Source: Planctomycetota bacterium (lineage in GTDB: Bacteria; Planctomycetota; UBA1135; UBA2386). Taken from it: a DNA stretch of 64,000 bases. Positions 55,620 through 64,000 of the stretch are shown in pieces (the first letter of the stretch is position 1; every line of letters starts with the position of its first letter). The DNA lies in the NCBI GenBank assembly GCA_046290465.1, contig JBKAGP010000001.1, positions 1,248,001-1,312,000 on the forward strand, read 5' to 3'. Under the pieces are notes generated by a model that ran no database searches, was not told the origin of the DNA, and saw nothing but the letters and a program-made list of their open reading frames with translations. A program made the position numbers and the translations under genes.

Positions 55620-58600
55620 TTGAAAAAAGTACGAGTCTTCGAACTGGCCAGGGAATTCGGGATGAAGGGACCCGAACTGGCGAAGCTCTTGCGCGAGATC
55701 GGCTTCGAGAAGGTCAAGACGCACATGACCGCGCTCGATGACGCCGACCTGATGATGGTCGAAGCGCGTCTCTCGGCGCAGGGCCTGCGGCGCAAGCCCG
55801 CCGACGACGGCGATGACGGCGCCGGCCAGCCCAAGAAGCGTTCCCTCAGCGCAGTCGCCGAACAGGTCGACGAGGTGCCGGCCAAGAAGGAGCTGCCGAC
55901 CAAGAAGGCGCTGCCGAAGAAGCTGCCGAAGAAGGGCGAGCTGAAGAAGAAGGAGCTGCCGACCAAGGCCCCCATCGAGGCAGCGGCCGAGGCTCCTGCA
56001 GAAGCTCCCGCGGCGACCCCGATCGAGGAGGCGGCGACCGCTCCGGAACCGACGGCGGCCGAAGCCTCGGCGTCGACCGACGACGGCAGCGGCGCTGCGC
56101 TCGAGGCCGAGCCGACGCCCACGAAGCCGACGAAGCCGGCACCGCGTCAGGCGACGCCGAAGCCGGAACCGAAGGCCGAGCCGGCACTCGAGGCCGAGAA
56201 GGCGCCCGCGCCGCAGGCCGAGGCCCCCGCTCCGGCTTCCGAAGCGCCGGCATCCGAAGCACCCGCATCCGAAGCTCCGGCCGCGCCGGCCCCGGCCGAG
56301 CAGCCGCCGGCGAAGGAGCCCGCTGCCGAGAAGCCGGCCGACGCGGCTGCGTCGACCGACACTCCGGCCGCGGCAACTCCCGCTGCCGATGCACCGGCAG
56401 CGGACTCCCCCGCTGCTGGCACCCCGGCCGCTGGCACCCCGGCTGCTGGCACTCCCGCGGCCGAACAACCTGCCGACAGCACCCCTGCCGAGAAGGCAAC
56501 GCCTGCCGGCAAGCCGGAGCAGAAGGCTGCCAGTGGCGATGCCGCGGCGAAGGCCACGCCAGATGCCACGCCGGCCACCCCGGACGCCGCCCCTGCCGAG
56601 TCGGGCAAGGGGGACGCCAAGGAGCCGGTGCGCAAGCTGCTGGTGCCGCAGAAGAAGGCGACCGTCGTCGGCCGCATCGAACTGCCGCAGGAAACGATCC
56701 GCGACGCGACCCGCCGTTCGGCGCCGGCCGCGCCGCGCGACCTGCGTCGCGCCGCGCTGCAGAAGATGCAGCAGCGGGGCAGCATGCGCCAGATGGGCCC
56801 CGGCCACCGCCGCGGTCCCGGTGGCCGTGGTGGCCGCGACGGACGCGGTCACGGTGGCGGCAAGGGCAAGTCGCGCATCGTCACGCCCATCGATCCGAAC
56901 AAGCTCGTCGAGGTGCAGGAGCCGGTGTCCGTCAAGGGACTCTCGGCCGCGCTCGGCGTGCCGGTTCCGCAGCTGCTGTTCACGTTCATGACCAAGCTCA
57001 AGGTCATGGGCAAGAACATCAACTCGATGCTGTCGAACGACGAGGTCGAGCTGGTCGCGCTCGAGCTCAACCGCAACATCAAGGTCGTCGAACACAAGGA
57101 GGCGATGGACGAGCTGATCGAACAGCTCGTGCAGAAGAGCGAGGTCGAGGAGACCACGCAGCGCGCTCCGGTCGTCACCTTCATGGGCCACGTCGACCAC
57201 GGCAAGACGTCGCTGATGGACGCGCTGCGTGAGAGCGACATCGCCGGCCACGAAGCCGGCGGCATCACCCAGCACATCGGCGCCTACAAGGTCACCCACG
57301 ACGACGGCCAGGCCATCGTCGTGCTCGACACGCCCGGCCACGCGGCGTTCACCGCGATGCGTTCGCGCGGCGCCGAGCTGACCGACGTGGTCGTGCTGGT
57401 CGTCGCCGCCGACGACGGCGTCATGCCGCAGACCGAGGAGGCGATCAGCCACGCCAAGGCCGCCGAGTGCCCGATCGTCGTCGCGATCACCAAATGCGAC
57501 CTGCCCGGGGCCAACCCGATGCAGGTCAAGCAGCAGCTGATGATCAAGGGCCTGCAGTCCGAAGACTTCGGCGGTGAGATCGGCATGGTCGAGTGCTCGT
57601 CCAAGACCGGACAGGGCCTCGACGACCTCGTCGAGCGCATCCACCTCGAGGCCGAGCTGCTCGACCTCGAAGCGCGCCCTGACGCGGCCGGCAGCGGCAT
57701 CGTCGTCGAAGCCAAGCAGTCGGCGGCACAGGGTGTCGTCGTCACGCTGCTGGTCACCGACGGCACGCTGCGCCTCAAGGACCAGGTCGTCTGTGGCGAG
57801 TCGTTCGCCCGCGTGCGCGCGATGATCGACGACCATGGCACCAACCTCGAAGAGGCCGGCCCGTCGACGCCGGTGACGCTGTTCGGTCTCGACCGACTGC
57901 CGAGCCCGGGCGACAAGCTGTTCGCGGTCGAAAACGCCAAGAAGGCCAAGGAAGTCGTCGAAGAGCGCCAGCGCCGCGAGCGCGAGATGTCGCGTGCCGA
58001 GCGTTCGGCGGTCACCCTCGAGACCCTCTCGGCGAAGCTCGCCGAGAAGGACATGAAGGAGATCAAGATCATCCTGAAGGCCGACGCGATGGGCTCCCTC
58101 GAGCCGCTGCGGAAGTCGCTGGACGATCTGGCGACCAGCGAGGTCCGCGTCAACCTGGTGCACTCCGGCCTCGGCGGCATCAACAAGGCGGACGTCGACC
58201 TGGCCGCGACCTCCGAGTCGGTCATCGTCGGCTTCAACACGGTCGCCGACGCCAACGTGCGTCAGCTGGCCGACGAAGAGGGCGTCGACATCCGCTACTA
58301 CACGGTGATCTACGAGCTGATCGACCAGGTCAAGGACGCCATGGAAGGCGTGCTCGCCCCGGAAGAGGTGCAGAAGGTCATCGGCCACGCCGAGGTCCGC
58401 GCGATCTTCAAGTCGTCGAAGTTCGGCACGATCGCCGGCTGTCTGGTGCGCGACGGCGTCGCCAAGCGCGGCTGCATCACGCGCCTCGCCCGCGACGGCA
58501 AGGTCGTCTACAACGGCAAGCTCGCCAGCCTTCGTCGCATCGACGAGGACGCCAAGGAGGTCAAGGCAGGGTTCGAGTGCGGCATGACGCTCGAGAACTA

Positions 58601-58676
58601 CCAGGACGTCAAGGAAGGCGACACGATGGAGTTCGTCGAGATCGAGCTGATCAAGCGCAAGCTCGGCGACACGTAG
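55620..58676 (+). CDS. infB: Translation initiation factor IF-2
   Basis: [39 protein letters not shown] start after AGGAG; long Pro/Ala repeat linker. Confidence 0.98.
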   Translation: MKKVRVFELAREFGMKGPELAKLLREIGFEKVKTHMTALDDADLMMVEARLSAQGLRRKPADDGDDGAGQPKKRSLSAVAEQVDEVPAKKELPTKKALPKKLPKKGELKKKELPTKAPIEAAAEAPAEAPAATPIEEAATAPEPTAAEASASTDDGSGAALEAEPTPTKPTKPAPRQATPKPEPKAEPALEAEKAPAPQAEAPAPASEAPASEAPASEAPAAPAPAEQPPAKEPAAEKPADAAASTDTPAAATPAADAPAADSPAAGTPAAGTPAAGTPAAEQPADSTPAEKATPAGKPEQKAASGDAAAKATPDATPATPDAAPAESGKGDAKEPVRKLLVPQKKATVVGRIELPQETIRDATRRSAPAAPRDLRRAALQKMQQRGSMRQMGPGHRRGPGGRGGRDGRGHGGGKGKSRIVTPIDPNKLVEVQEPVSVKGLSAALGVPVPQLLFTFMTKLKVMGKNINSMLSNDEVELVALELNRNIKVVEHKEAMDELIEQLVQKSEVEETTQRAPVVTFMGHVDHGKTSLMDALRESDIAGHEAGGITQHIGAYKVTHDDGQAIVVLDTPGHAAFTAMRSRGAELTDVVVLVVAADDGVMPQTEEAISHAKAAECPIVVAITKCDLPGANPMQVKQQLMIKGLQSEDFGGEIGMVECSSKTGQGLDDLVERIHLEAELLDLEARPDAAGSGIVVEAKQSAAQGVVVTLLVTDGTLRLKDQVVCGESFARVRAMIDDHGTNLEEAGPSTPVTLFGLDRLPSPGDKLFAVENAKKAKEVVEERQRREREMSRAERSAVTLETLSAKLAEKDMKEIKIILKADAMGSLEPLRKSLDDLATSEVRVNLVHSGLGGINKADVDLAATSESVIVGFNTVADANVRQLADEEGVDIRYYTVIYELIDQVKDAMEGVLAPEEVQKVIGHAEVRAIFKSSKFGTIAGCLVRDGVAKRGCITRLARDGKVVYNGKLASLRRIDEDAKEVKAGFECGMTLENYQDVKEGDTMEFVEIELIKRKLGDT

Positions 58677-58757
58677 TCCAGCTCTACCGACTCCACCGTC
58701 CGGGCCTTCGCGCTCGGACGGGCGGCCGGCGCTGGCCCCGCACAGGATGCACCCGCG

Positions 58758-59054
58758 ATGCTCTACATCGGAGTCCTGCAGTTCACCTTGGAGCTCCCCT
58801 ACGCGGAGTCGCTCAAGGAGAAGCGCGGCGTCCTGAAGGCGCTGCGCGACCGCCTGCGGCGCTCGTTCAACGTCTCGATCTCCGAGTTCGAGGACCTCGA
58901 CGAGCCCACCATCGCCACGCTCGGCGCCGTCGTCGCCGGCAGCGACACCAAGCACGTCAACAGCACGATGGACCACCTGATCAACGAGCTGGACGAGTGG
59001 CGTGACGGCACGCTCACCGACCACCAGCTCGAGATCATCACGCCCAACTCATGA
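58758..59054 (+). CDS. DUF503 (YlxP-like) protein
   Basis: SLKEKR...LRRSFNVSISE; usual position between infB and rbfA. Confidence 0.9.
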   Translation: MLYIGVLQFTLELPYAESLKEKRGVLKALRDRLRRSFNVSISEFEDLDEPTIATLGAVVAGSDTKHVNSTMDHLINELDEWRDGTLTDHQLEIITPNS

Positions 59055-59533
59055 ACGAACGTCGCCTCGCGCGCCTCGCCGAACAGATCAAGCAGCGCCT
59101 CGCCCAGGTGCTGCAGCGGGAACTCGCCGACCCCAAGCTCGGCCTGGTCACGATCACCCGCATCGAACTCGACAAGGAGTTCACCCAGTGCAAGGCCTAC
59201 TGGTCGGTGCTCGCCCCCACGGGCAAGGAGGACATCGCGCGCCGCGAGTCCGCCGAGGTGCTGGCGCGCGCTACCGGCTTCTGCCAGCGCGAGATCGGCG
59301 CGGTGCTGCACACGCGCTCGGTGCCACACCTGCAGTTCCTGTTCGATGAGGGCATCGGCGGCTCGATCCGGATGCAGCAGCTGCTGAAGGAGCTCAACCC
59401 GGGCGGCGCCGATCGCGGGGACCAACCGGAAGGCAGCGACGCCGAGGCCCAGGATGGCAGCGCCGAGGCCCAGGACGGCAGCGCCGAGGCCCCGGACGCC
59501 GACGATCCGCCCCCCGCTCCCCCGAAGGAGTAG
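59051..59533 (+). CDS. rbfA: 30S ribosome-binding factor A
   Basis: DPKLGLVTITRIEL, RSVPHLQFLFD; follows infB. Confidence 0.93.
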   Translation: MNERRLARLAEQIKQRLAQVLQRELADPKLGLVTITRIELDKEFTQCKAYWSVLAPTGKEDIARRESAEVLARATGFCQREIGAVLHTRSVPHLQFLFDEGIGGSIRMQQLLKELNPGGADRGDQPEGSDAEAQDGSAEAQDGSAEAPDADDPPPAPPKE

Positions 59534-59613
59534 CCGCCGGCGCGACGACCGGGGAAGATGCCGGGGTCCGACGAATCCGAGAGTTCGTCCCAGCTGTCTC
59601 CGTTGCCGACGCC

Positions 59614-60582
59614 ATGCGCCTCCTCCTCCTGTCGCTGATCCCCCTCACGCTGCTGCCCGCGCAGCAGGAACCTGCGGCACCCGAAGGCGTGCCCGCCGCC
59701 GCCCGGCAGAAGCTGGCCGACGCGCTGACCAAGACCTCGCAGCAGCACGGCACCGCGTTCGAGCTGAAGTGGGGTCCGACCGGCAAGCAGGACGACAACA
59801 ACCCGTTCGGTCGCATCCTCGGCGCCCGCATGAAGGGCAAGGTCGCGGGCAGCTGGCACGACGGCCTGACGCACGTCCGGTTCGACGGGGACGAGGGCGA
59901 CGAACTGCTGCTGGCGGGCGCGCGCATGCTCGCCAAGGACGGCACCCGCGACTGGTGCCGGCGCCGTGGCCACTACGCCGACGGCAACAAGCTCGACTTC
60001 GTCCCCGATCCGCAGGCGCTGCTGCAGCAGCTCGGCGGCTGGCCGCTGGCGGTGACCCAGCGCGGCGCCGGGTCGTTCGACGACCGCCCGGTCGAGGTGC
60101 TGTCGGTCACGCTGACCAACGAGCAGTGCGCCGACCTGTTCTACGCGGGCGCGCTGCCGCAGGCGCTCAAGTATGGCGGCAACATGTTCGGCAACGCCGT
60201 GCAGCTCGCCATCGGCGGCGCCGCCGGCCGCCAGGCGCCGCCGGCCCCCAACCTGACCGTCGACCTCGCGATCTCGCTCGATCCGGGCACCGGTCGGGTG
60301 TTCGAGGTCCGCGGCAACGCCTGGGCCGAGAAGAACGGCAACGGCAACGTGTTCGTCTTCCATCGCGGCGCCGGCCAGGTGCAGGTCGGGGGTGCCGGCC
60401 AGGAGGACGAGGAAGAAGAAGAGGAGGAAGCCGAGCCCGAAGGCCCGCTCCAGTACAAGGACGGCCTGCCGCAGCGGAACAAGAAGAAGCTGTCGTGCAC
60501 GGCGTTCACGCTGCGCCTGACGCAGCACGGCCAGGCCGCGAAGCCGCAACTGACCGAAGCGCAGCAGAAGCTGCTGAAGTAG
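59614..60582 (+). CDS. Hypothetical secreted protein
   Basis: Signal peptide MRLLLLSLIPLTLLPAQ; poly-Glu stretch. Confidence 0.75.
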   Translation: MRLLLLSLIPLTLLPAQQEPAAPEGVPAAARQKLADALTKTSQQHGTAFELKWGPTGKQDDNNPFGRILGARMKGKVAGSWHDGLTHVRFDGDEGDELLLAGARMLAKDGTRDWCRRRGHYADGNKLDFVPDPQALLQQLGGWPLAVTQRGAGSFDDRPVEVLSVTLTNEQCADLFYAGALPQALKYGGNMFGNAVQLAIGGAAGRQAPPAPNLTVDLAISLDPGTGRVFEVRGNAWAEKNGNGNVFVFHRGAGQVQVGGAGQEDEEEEEEEAEPEGPLQYKDGLPQRNKKKLSCTAFTLRLTQHGQAAKPQLTEAQQKLLK

Positions 60583-60660
60583 GGCCGGATCCTCGATCGG
60601 ACCCGCAGGAGGCGGCCGCCAGCGACAGGTCCGCGACCGCGGTCGGCCACCAGGAGCGCC

Positions 60661-61506
60661 ATGCGAAACGCCGTCCTGCCGTTCGTCCTGGCGCTGCCGC
60701 TGTGCGCGGCGGCGCAGCAGCAGCCGGAGAGCCGGCCGGCGCACCCGACCCCGAAGCAGCTGCGCATCCAACGCCTGCACGACGACCTCACCGAGACCGT
60801 GGCACAGCTGCAGAAGGCACACGCGTTTCGCGGCACGGTCGTGTTCACGTCGCAGAACGACCTCAACCAGGTCGCGCCGCTCGACAAGGCATTCGTCGGC
60901 GCCCGCGACGGCACCGACCGTTGGTTCGCGCTCGACGACTGGCGCGTCGTGCAGCGACGCGATCGCACCGCGGTGCGGCGCGGCCAGCAGGGTGGCTGGC
61001 GCGAGCCCCTCGGCGACACGCCGGACGTGCCGCTGACCCCCGCGCTGCTGCTGCCGCACTTCCGGACGGCCGAGCTGTCGCCACCAGGACCGACCATGCA
61101 CAACGACCGCCCCGCGATGCGCGTGCACGCGACGTGGGCGGGCAAGGCGGCGAAGAAGGTGCTCTACGCCACCACCGTGCCGTCCTCGCAGCATGAACAG
61201 CTCATCGAAGCGCTGGCGAGCGCCGCCAGCCGCGGCAACGACAAGGTGCACGTCAGCGCGACGCTGCTCTACGATCCCGCGACACGCCGGTGGATCGAGG
61301 CGAGCCTGCGGTTCGCCTACCTCGACGGCCGCCCGTTCGCCGAGCACGAAGAACGCCCCGAACCGCCGCACGGCCTGCGGCCACTGCCGGGCAGGGTCAC
61401 GCTGCAGGCGATCTGGCACCTGCAGACGTGCAAGCCGGAGCAGGCCCCGAAGCCCGAACTCGACGACGAGGCGCAGCGCGTGCTGCGGCCGCGCAAGCGG
61501 CGCTGA
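60661..61506 (+). CDS. Hypothetical secreted protein
   Basis: AGGAG RBS; signal peptide MRNAVLPFVLALPLCAAAQ. Confidence 0.75.
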   Translation: MRNAVLPFVLALPLCAAAQQQPESRPAHPTPKQLRIQRLHDDLTETVAQLQKAHAFRGTVVFTSQNDLNQVAPLDKAFVGARDGTDRWFALDDWRVVQRRDRTAVRRGQQGGWREPLGDTPDVPLTPALLLPHFRTAELSPPGPTMHNDRPAMRVHATWAGKAAKKVLYATTVPSSQHEQLIEALASAASRGNDKVHVSATLLYDPATRRWIEASLRFAYLDGRPFAEHEERPEPPHGLRPLPGRVTLQAIWHLQTCKPEQAPKPELDDEAQRVLRPRKRR

Positions 61507-61510
61507 GCCG

Positions 61511-62578
61511 CTACTGCATGCGCAACAACGGCCCGTCGTCGTCGCGGGACACGAACCGACCTGCGATGGCGTGCGCTGGCACCCCGGCATCGCGCAGACG
61601 ATCGCTGAGCGCCTGCGCCTGCGCCTCGGGCAGCGCGATCAGCAGGCCACCGGACGTCTCGGCGTCGAACACCAGGTCGGCGAGCGCCTCGTCGACGTCG
61701 GTGCCGATCTCGACGCGAGCACCGAAGTGGCGCTTGCCGCGCGCGCAGCCGCCCGACAGCGCCCCCGCACGGACCAGTTCGAGCGCCCCTTCCATCAGCG
61801 GCAGGCTGCCGCTGTCGACGACCAGTTGCAGCCCCGCACCCTCGGCCATCTCGCACGAGTGGCCGGCGAAGCCGAAGCCGGTGATGTCGGTCGCGGCGTG
61901 CACGTCGAACTCCGTCGCGATCTCGGCCGCGGCCTTGTTGAGCGTCGCCATCACCGCCATCGCGCGTTCGGTCATCGCGGCGTCAGCGGCACCGGCCTCC
62001 ATCTTGTCCTTCTTCATCGCCGTCGACACCGCGCCCATGCCGAGCGGCTTGGTGACCAGCAGCGCATCTCCGTCCCTGGCGCCGCTGTTGCGCCAGAAGC
62101 GGTCCGGGTGCACGACACCGGTCACCGACAGCCCGTACTTGATCTCGCTGTCGACCACGGAGTGGCCGCCGCACAGCGACGCGCCCGCCTCCTCGGTCTT
62201 CTCGAGGCCACCGGCGAGGATCTCGCCGAGGATCTCGACGTCGAGCACGTTCGGCCAGCCGACGATGTTCATCGCGGTCAAACAGCGGCCGCCCATCGCG
62301 AACACGTCGGACAGCGAGTTGGCGGCGGCGATGCGTCCGAACCAGCGGGGGTCGTCGACGATCGGCGGGAAGAAGTCGAGCGTCTGCACCAGCGCGCGCT
62401 CGGCGTCGATACGCAGCACCCCCGCGTCCTCGAAGCCGGCGTGGCCGGCCAGGAGGTCGTCGTTCGGCGTCGCCTTCAGCTTGTGGAGAACCTGCCCGAG
62501 GCTCCCCGGCGGCAGCTTCGCTGCTCAACCGGCGCTGGAGGCGTAGCGCGTCAGGCGCAGATCAGGGGTCTCGGTCAT
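61511..62578 (-). CDS. selD: Selenide, water dikinase, Sec-containing form (Sec18, UGA at 62525-62527)
   Basis: MTETPDLRLTRYASSAG-UGA-AAKL continues in frame into EDAGV, QTLDFFPP, ANSLSDVFAMGG, TDITGFG, ETSGGLL. Confidence 0.96.
62492..62515 (-). promoter_or_regulatory. Putative SECIS hairpin of selD
   Basis: CUGC(CG)CCGGG-GAGC-CUCGG-GCAG; apical loop starts with G about 21 nt after the UGA. Confidence 0.6.
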
Positions 62579-62586
62579 GGCTTCCT

Positions 62587-63978
62587 TTATGCGTGCAACG
62601 CCTGCCGAACGGCAAGGGCGACGGCGTCGAGATCTTCGAGCAACAGCGTGCGCGCATCGAGCAGCACCTTGCCGTCGGCGACCCGCGCGAACACGCTGAC
62701 CGGCTGCGCGGCACGCAGCAGGTCGCACTCGCGGTCCCCGCCCGCGAACGCCGTCGCGAAGCTCGGCAGCGGCTTGGCGGGGTTGGCGCCGGACCCCGCG
62801 AACGAGTCGCTGCGCACGACCTCGGCGCCGTGCTCGGAGAGCAGCATCGCCAACGCCTGCGCGCGCTCCTCGAGGTCCTCGGGCGTGGCCGACAGCATGC
62901 GCAGCGTCGGCACGGCCTGCAGCGGGTCGCCGTCGCGGTAGAGCAGCAGCGTCGCCTCGAGCGCCGCGTGGGTCAGCTTGTCGCAGCGCATCGCGCGGTA
63001 GAGCGGGTGCGCGCGGCAGCGCGCGACCAGTTCGCTGTCGCCGACCAGGATGCCGCACTGCGGGCCGCCGAGCAGCTTGTCGCCGCTGAAGCAGGTCACG
63101 TGCGCCCCCATCTCGAGGCTGGTCGCGACGCGCGGCTCGTCGACGAGGCCGGGCAGCGGGTCGTTCCACAGCAGGCCCGAGCCGAGATCGTCGAGCACCA
63201 GCACCTCGCCGTCCTGCGCGTCGGCCAGTTCGCGCAGCTCGCGAACCGACGGCGTCGAAGCGAAGCCCTCGATGCGGAAGTTGCTCGGGTGCACCTTCAG
63301 GTAGGCCGAGGTGCGCTCGGTGGTGGCGCCGCGGAAGTCGCGCAGGTGGGTCTTGTTGGTCGCGCCGACCTCGACCATCTCGCAGCCGGCGCGCTTCATC
63401 ACGTCCGGCACGCGGAAGCCGCCGCCGATCTCGACCAGTTCGCCGCGCGACACGACCACTTCGGTGCCGGCCGTCAGCGCCGCCAGCATCAGGGTCGTGG
63501 CCGCGGCGTTGTTGTTGACGATCAGCGCGCCGCCGGCGCCGGTCAGGTCCCGCAGCAGCCCGGCCACCGCGCACTCGCGCTGGTCGCGCACGCCGGTGAT
63601 CGGATCGACCTCGACGATCGCGTAGCCGGCGGCGCCGGCCATCGCGTCGATCGCGGCCGGGGCGAGCGGCGCCCGGCCGATGCCGGTGTGCAGCACGATG
63701 CCGGTCGCGTTGTAGACCCGCTGGTGGCGACGCCGCTGCAGCACCTCGCAACGCCGCGTGATCGTCTGCACCAACGCTTCGGGCCGGCACTGCGCCTCCA
63801 TCGCCCCCGGGTCGATGGCGCCGTCGAGCGCGCCGCGGCGCAGTTCGTCGACGAGTTCGCGCACGACGCGCGTCAACGCGGGCTTCGGCAACGCCGCCAG
63901 CGCGTCGTGGCGCAGCAGCTGGTCCACCGATGGCAGGAGTCGCAGGGCGGCAGAACGGTCGGCGTCGGTTCTAGGCAT
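62587..63978 (-). CDS. selA: L-seryl-tRNA(Sec) selenium transferase (start 63978 or 63999)
   Basis: LPSVD, NATGIVLHTGIGRA, VNNNAAA, SRGELVEIGGGFR, KVHPSNF, FSGDKLLGGPQCG. Confidence 0.97.
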   Translation of the reverse strand: MPRTDADRSAALRLLPSVDQLLRHDALAALPKPALTRVVRELVDELRRGALDGAIDPGAMEAQCRPEALVQTITRRCEVLQRRRHQRVYNATGIVLHTGIGRAPLAPAAIDAMAGAAGYAIVEVDPITGVRDQRECAVAGLLRDLTGAGGALIVNNNAAATTLMLAALTAGTEVVVSRGELVEIGGGFRVPDVMKRAGCEMVEVGATNKTHLRDFRGATTERTSAYLKVHPSNFRIEGFASTPSVRELRELADAQDGEVLVLDDLGSGLLWNDPLPGLVDEPRVATSLEMGAHVTCFSGDKLLGGPQCGILVGDSELVARCRAHPLYRAMRCDKLTHAALEATLLLYRDGDPLQAVPTLRMLSATPEDLEERAQALAMLLSEHGAEVVRSDSFAGSGANPAKPLPSFATAFAGGDRECDLLRAAQPVSVFARVADGKVLLDARTLLLEDLDAVALAVRQALHA

Positions 63979-64000
63979 ACGGGTGACGGTTGCTAACATA

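Overview
Very GC-rich bacterial chromosomal window of mostly core genes. It is probably Planctomycetota-like (inferred from protein style, not verified). Contents: a serine hydrolase/D,D-dipeptidase fusion cut by the left edge; nrdR-ATP-cone-smc; an orphan rplC followed by a small ORF, an HI0933 flavoprotein and mnmE; a Gld-like ABC cluster with DUF58/BatA genes; rho and clpP; a cheW-mcp-cheA-cheD-cheB cluster with no cheY or cheR; guaBA; pgi; transporters; an HD-GYP gene with a frameshifted partner; murA; asnS; nusA-infB-DUF503-rbfA; and selA-selD. No mobile elements, CRISPR arrays, rRNA or tRNA were recognised. The strongest signals missed by the ORF track are two UGA read-through selenoproteins (SelD and an exported rhodanese lipoprotein with Sec at its catalytic position), a DnaA-box cluster upstream of murA that may be an origin, a 49-aa transporter small subunit, and a gene with two frameshifts. 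All calls come from reading motifs by eye; no database searches were run.
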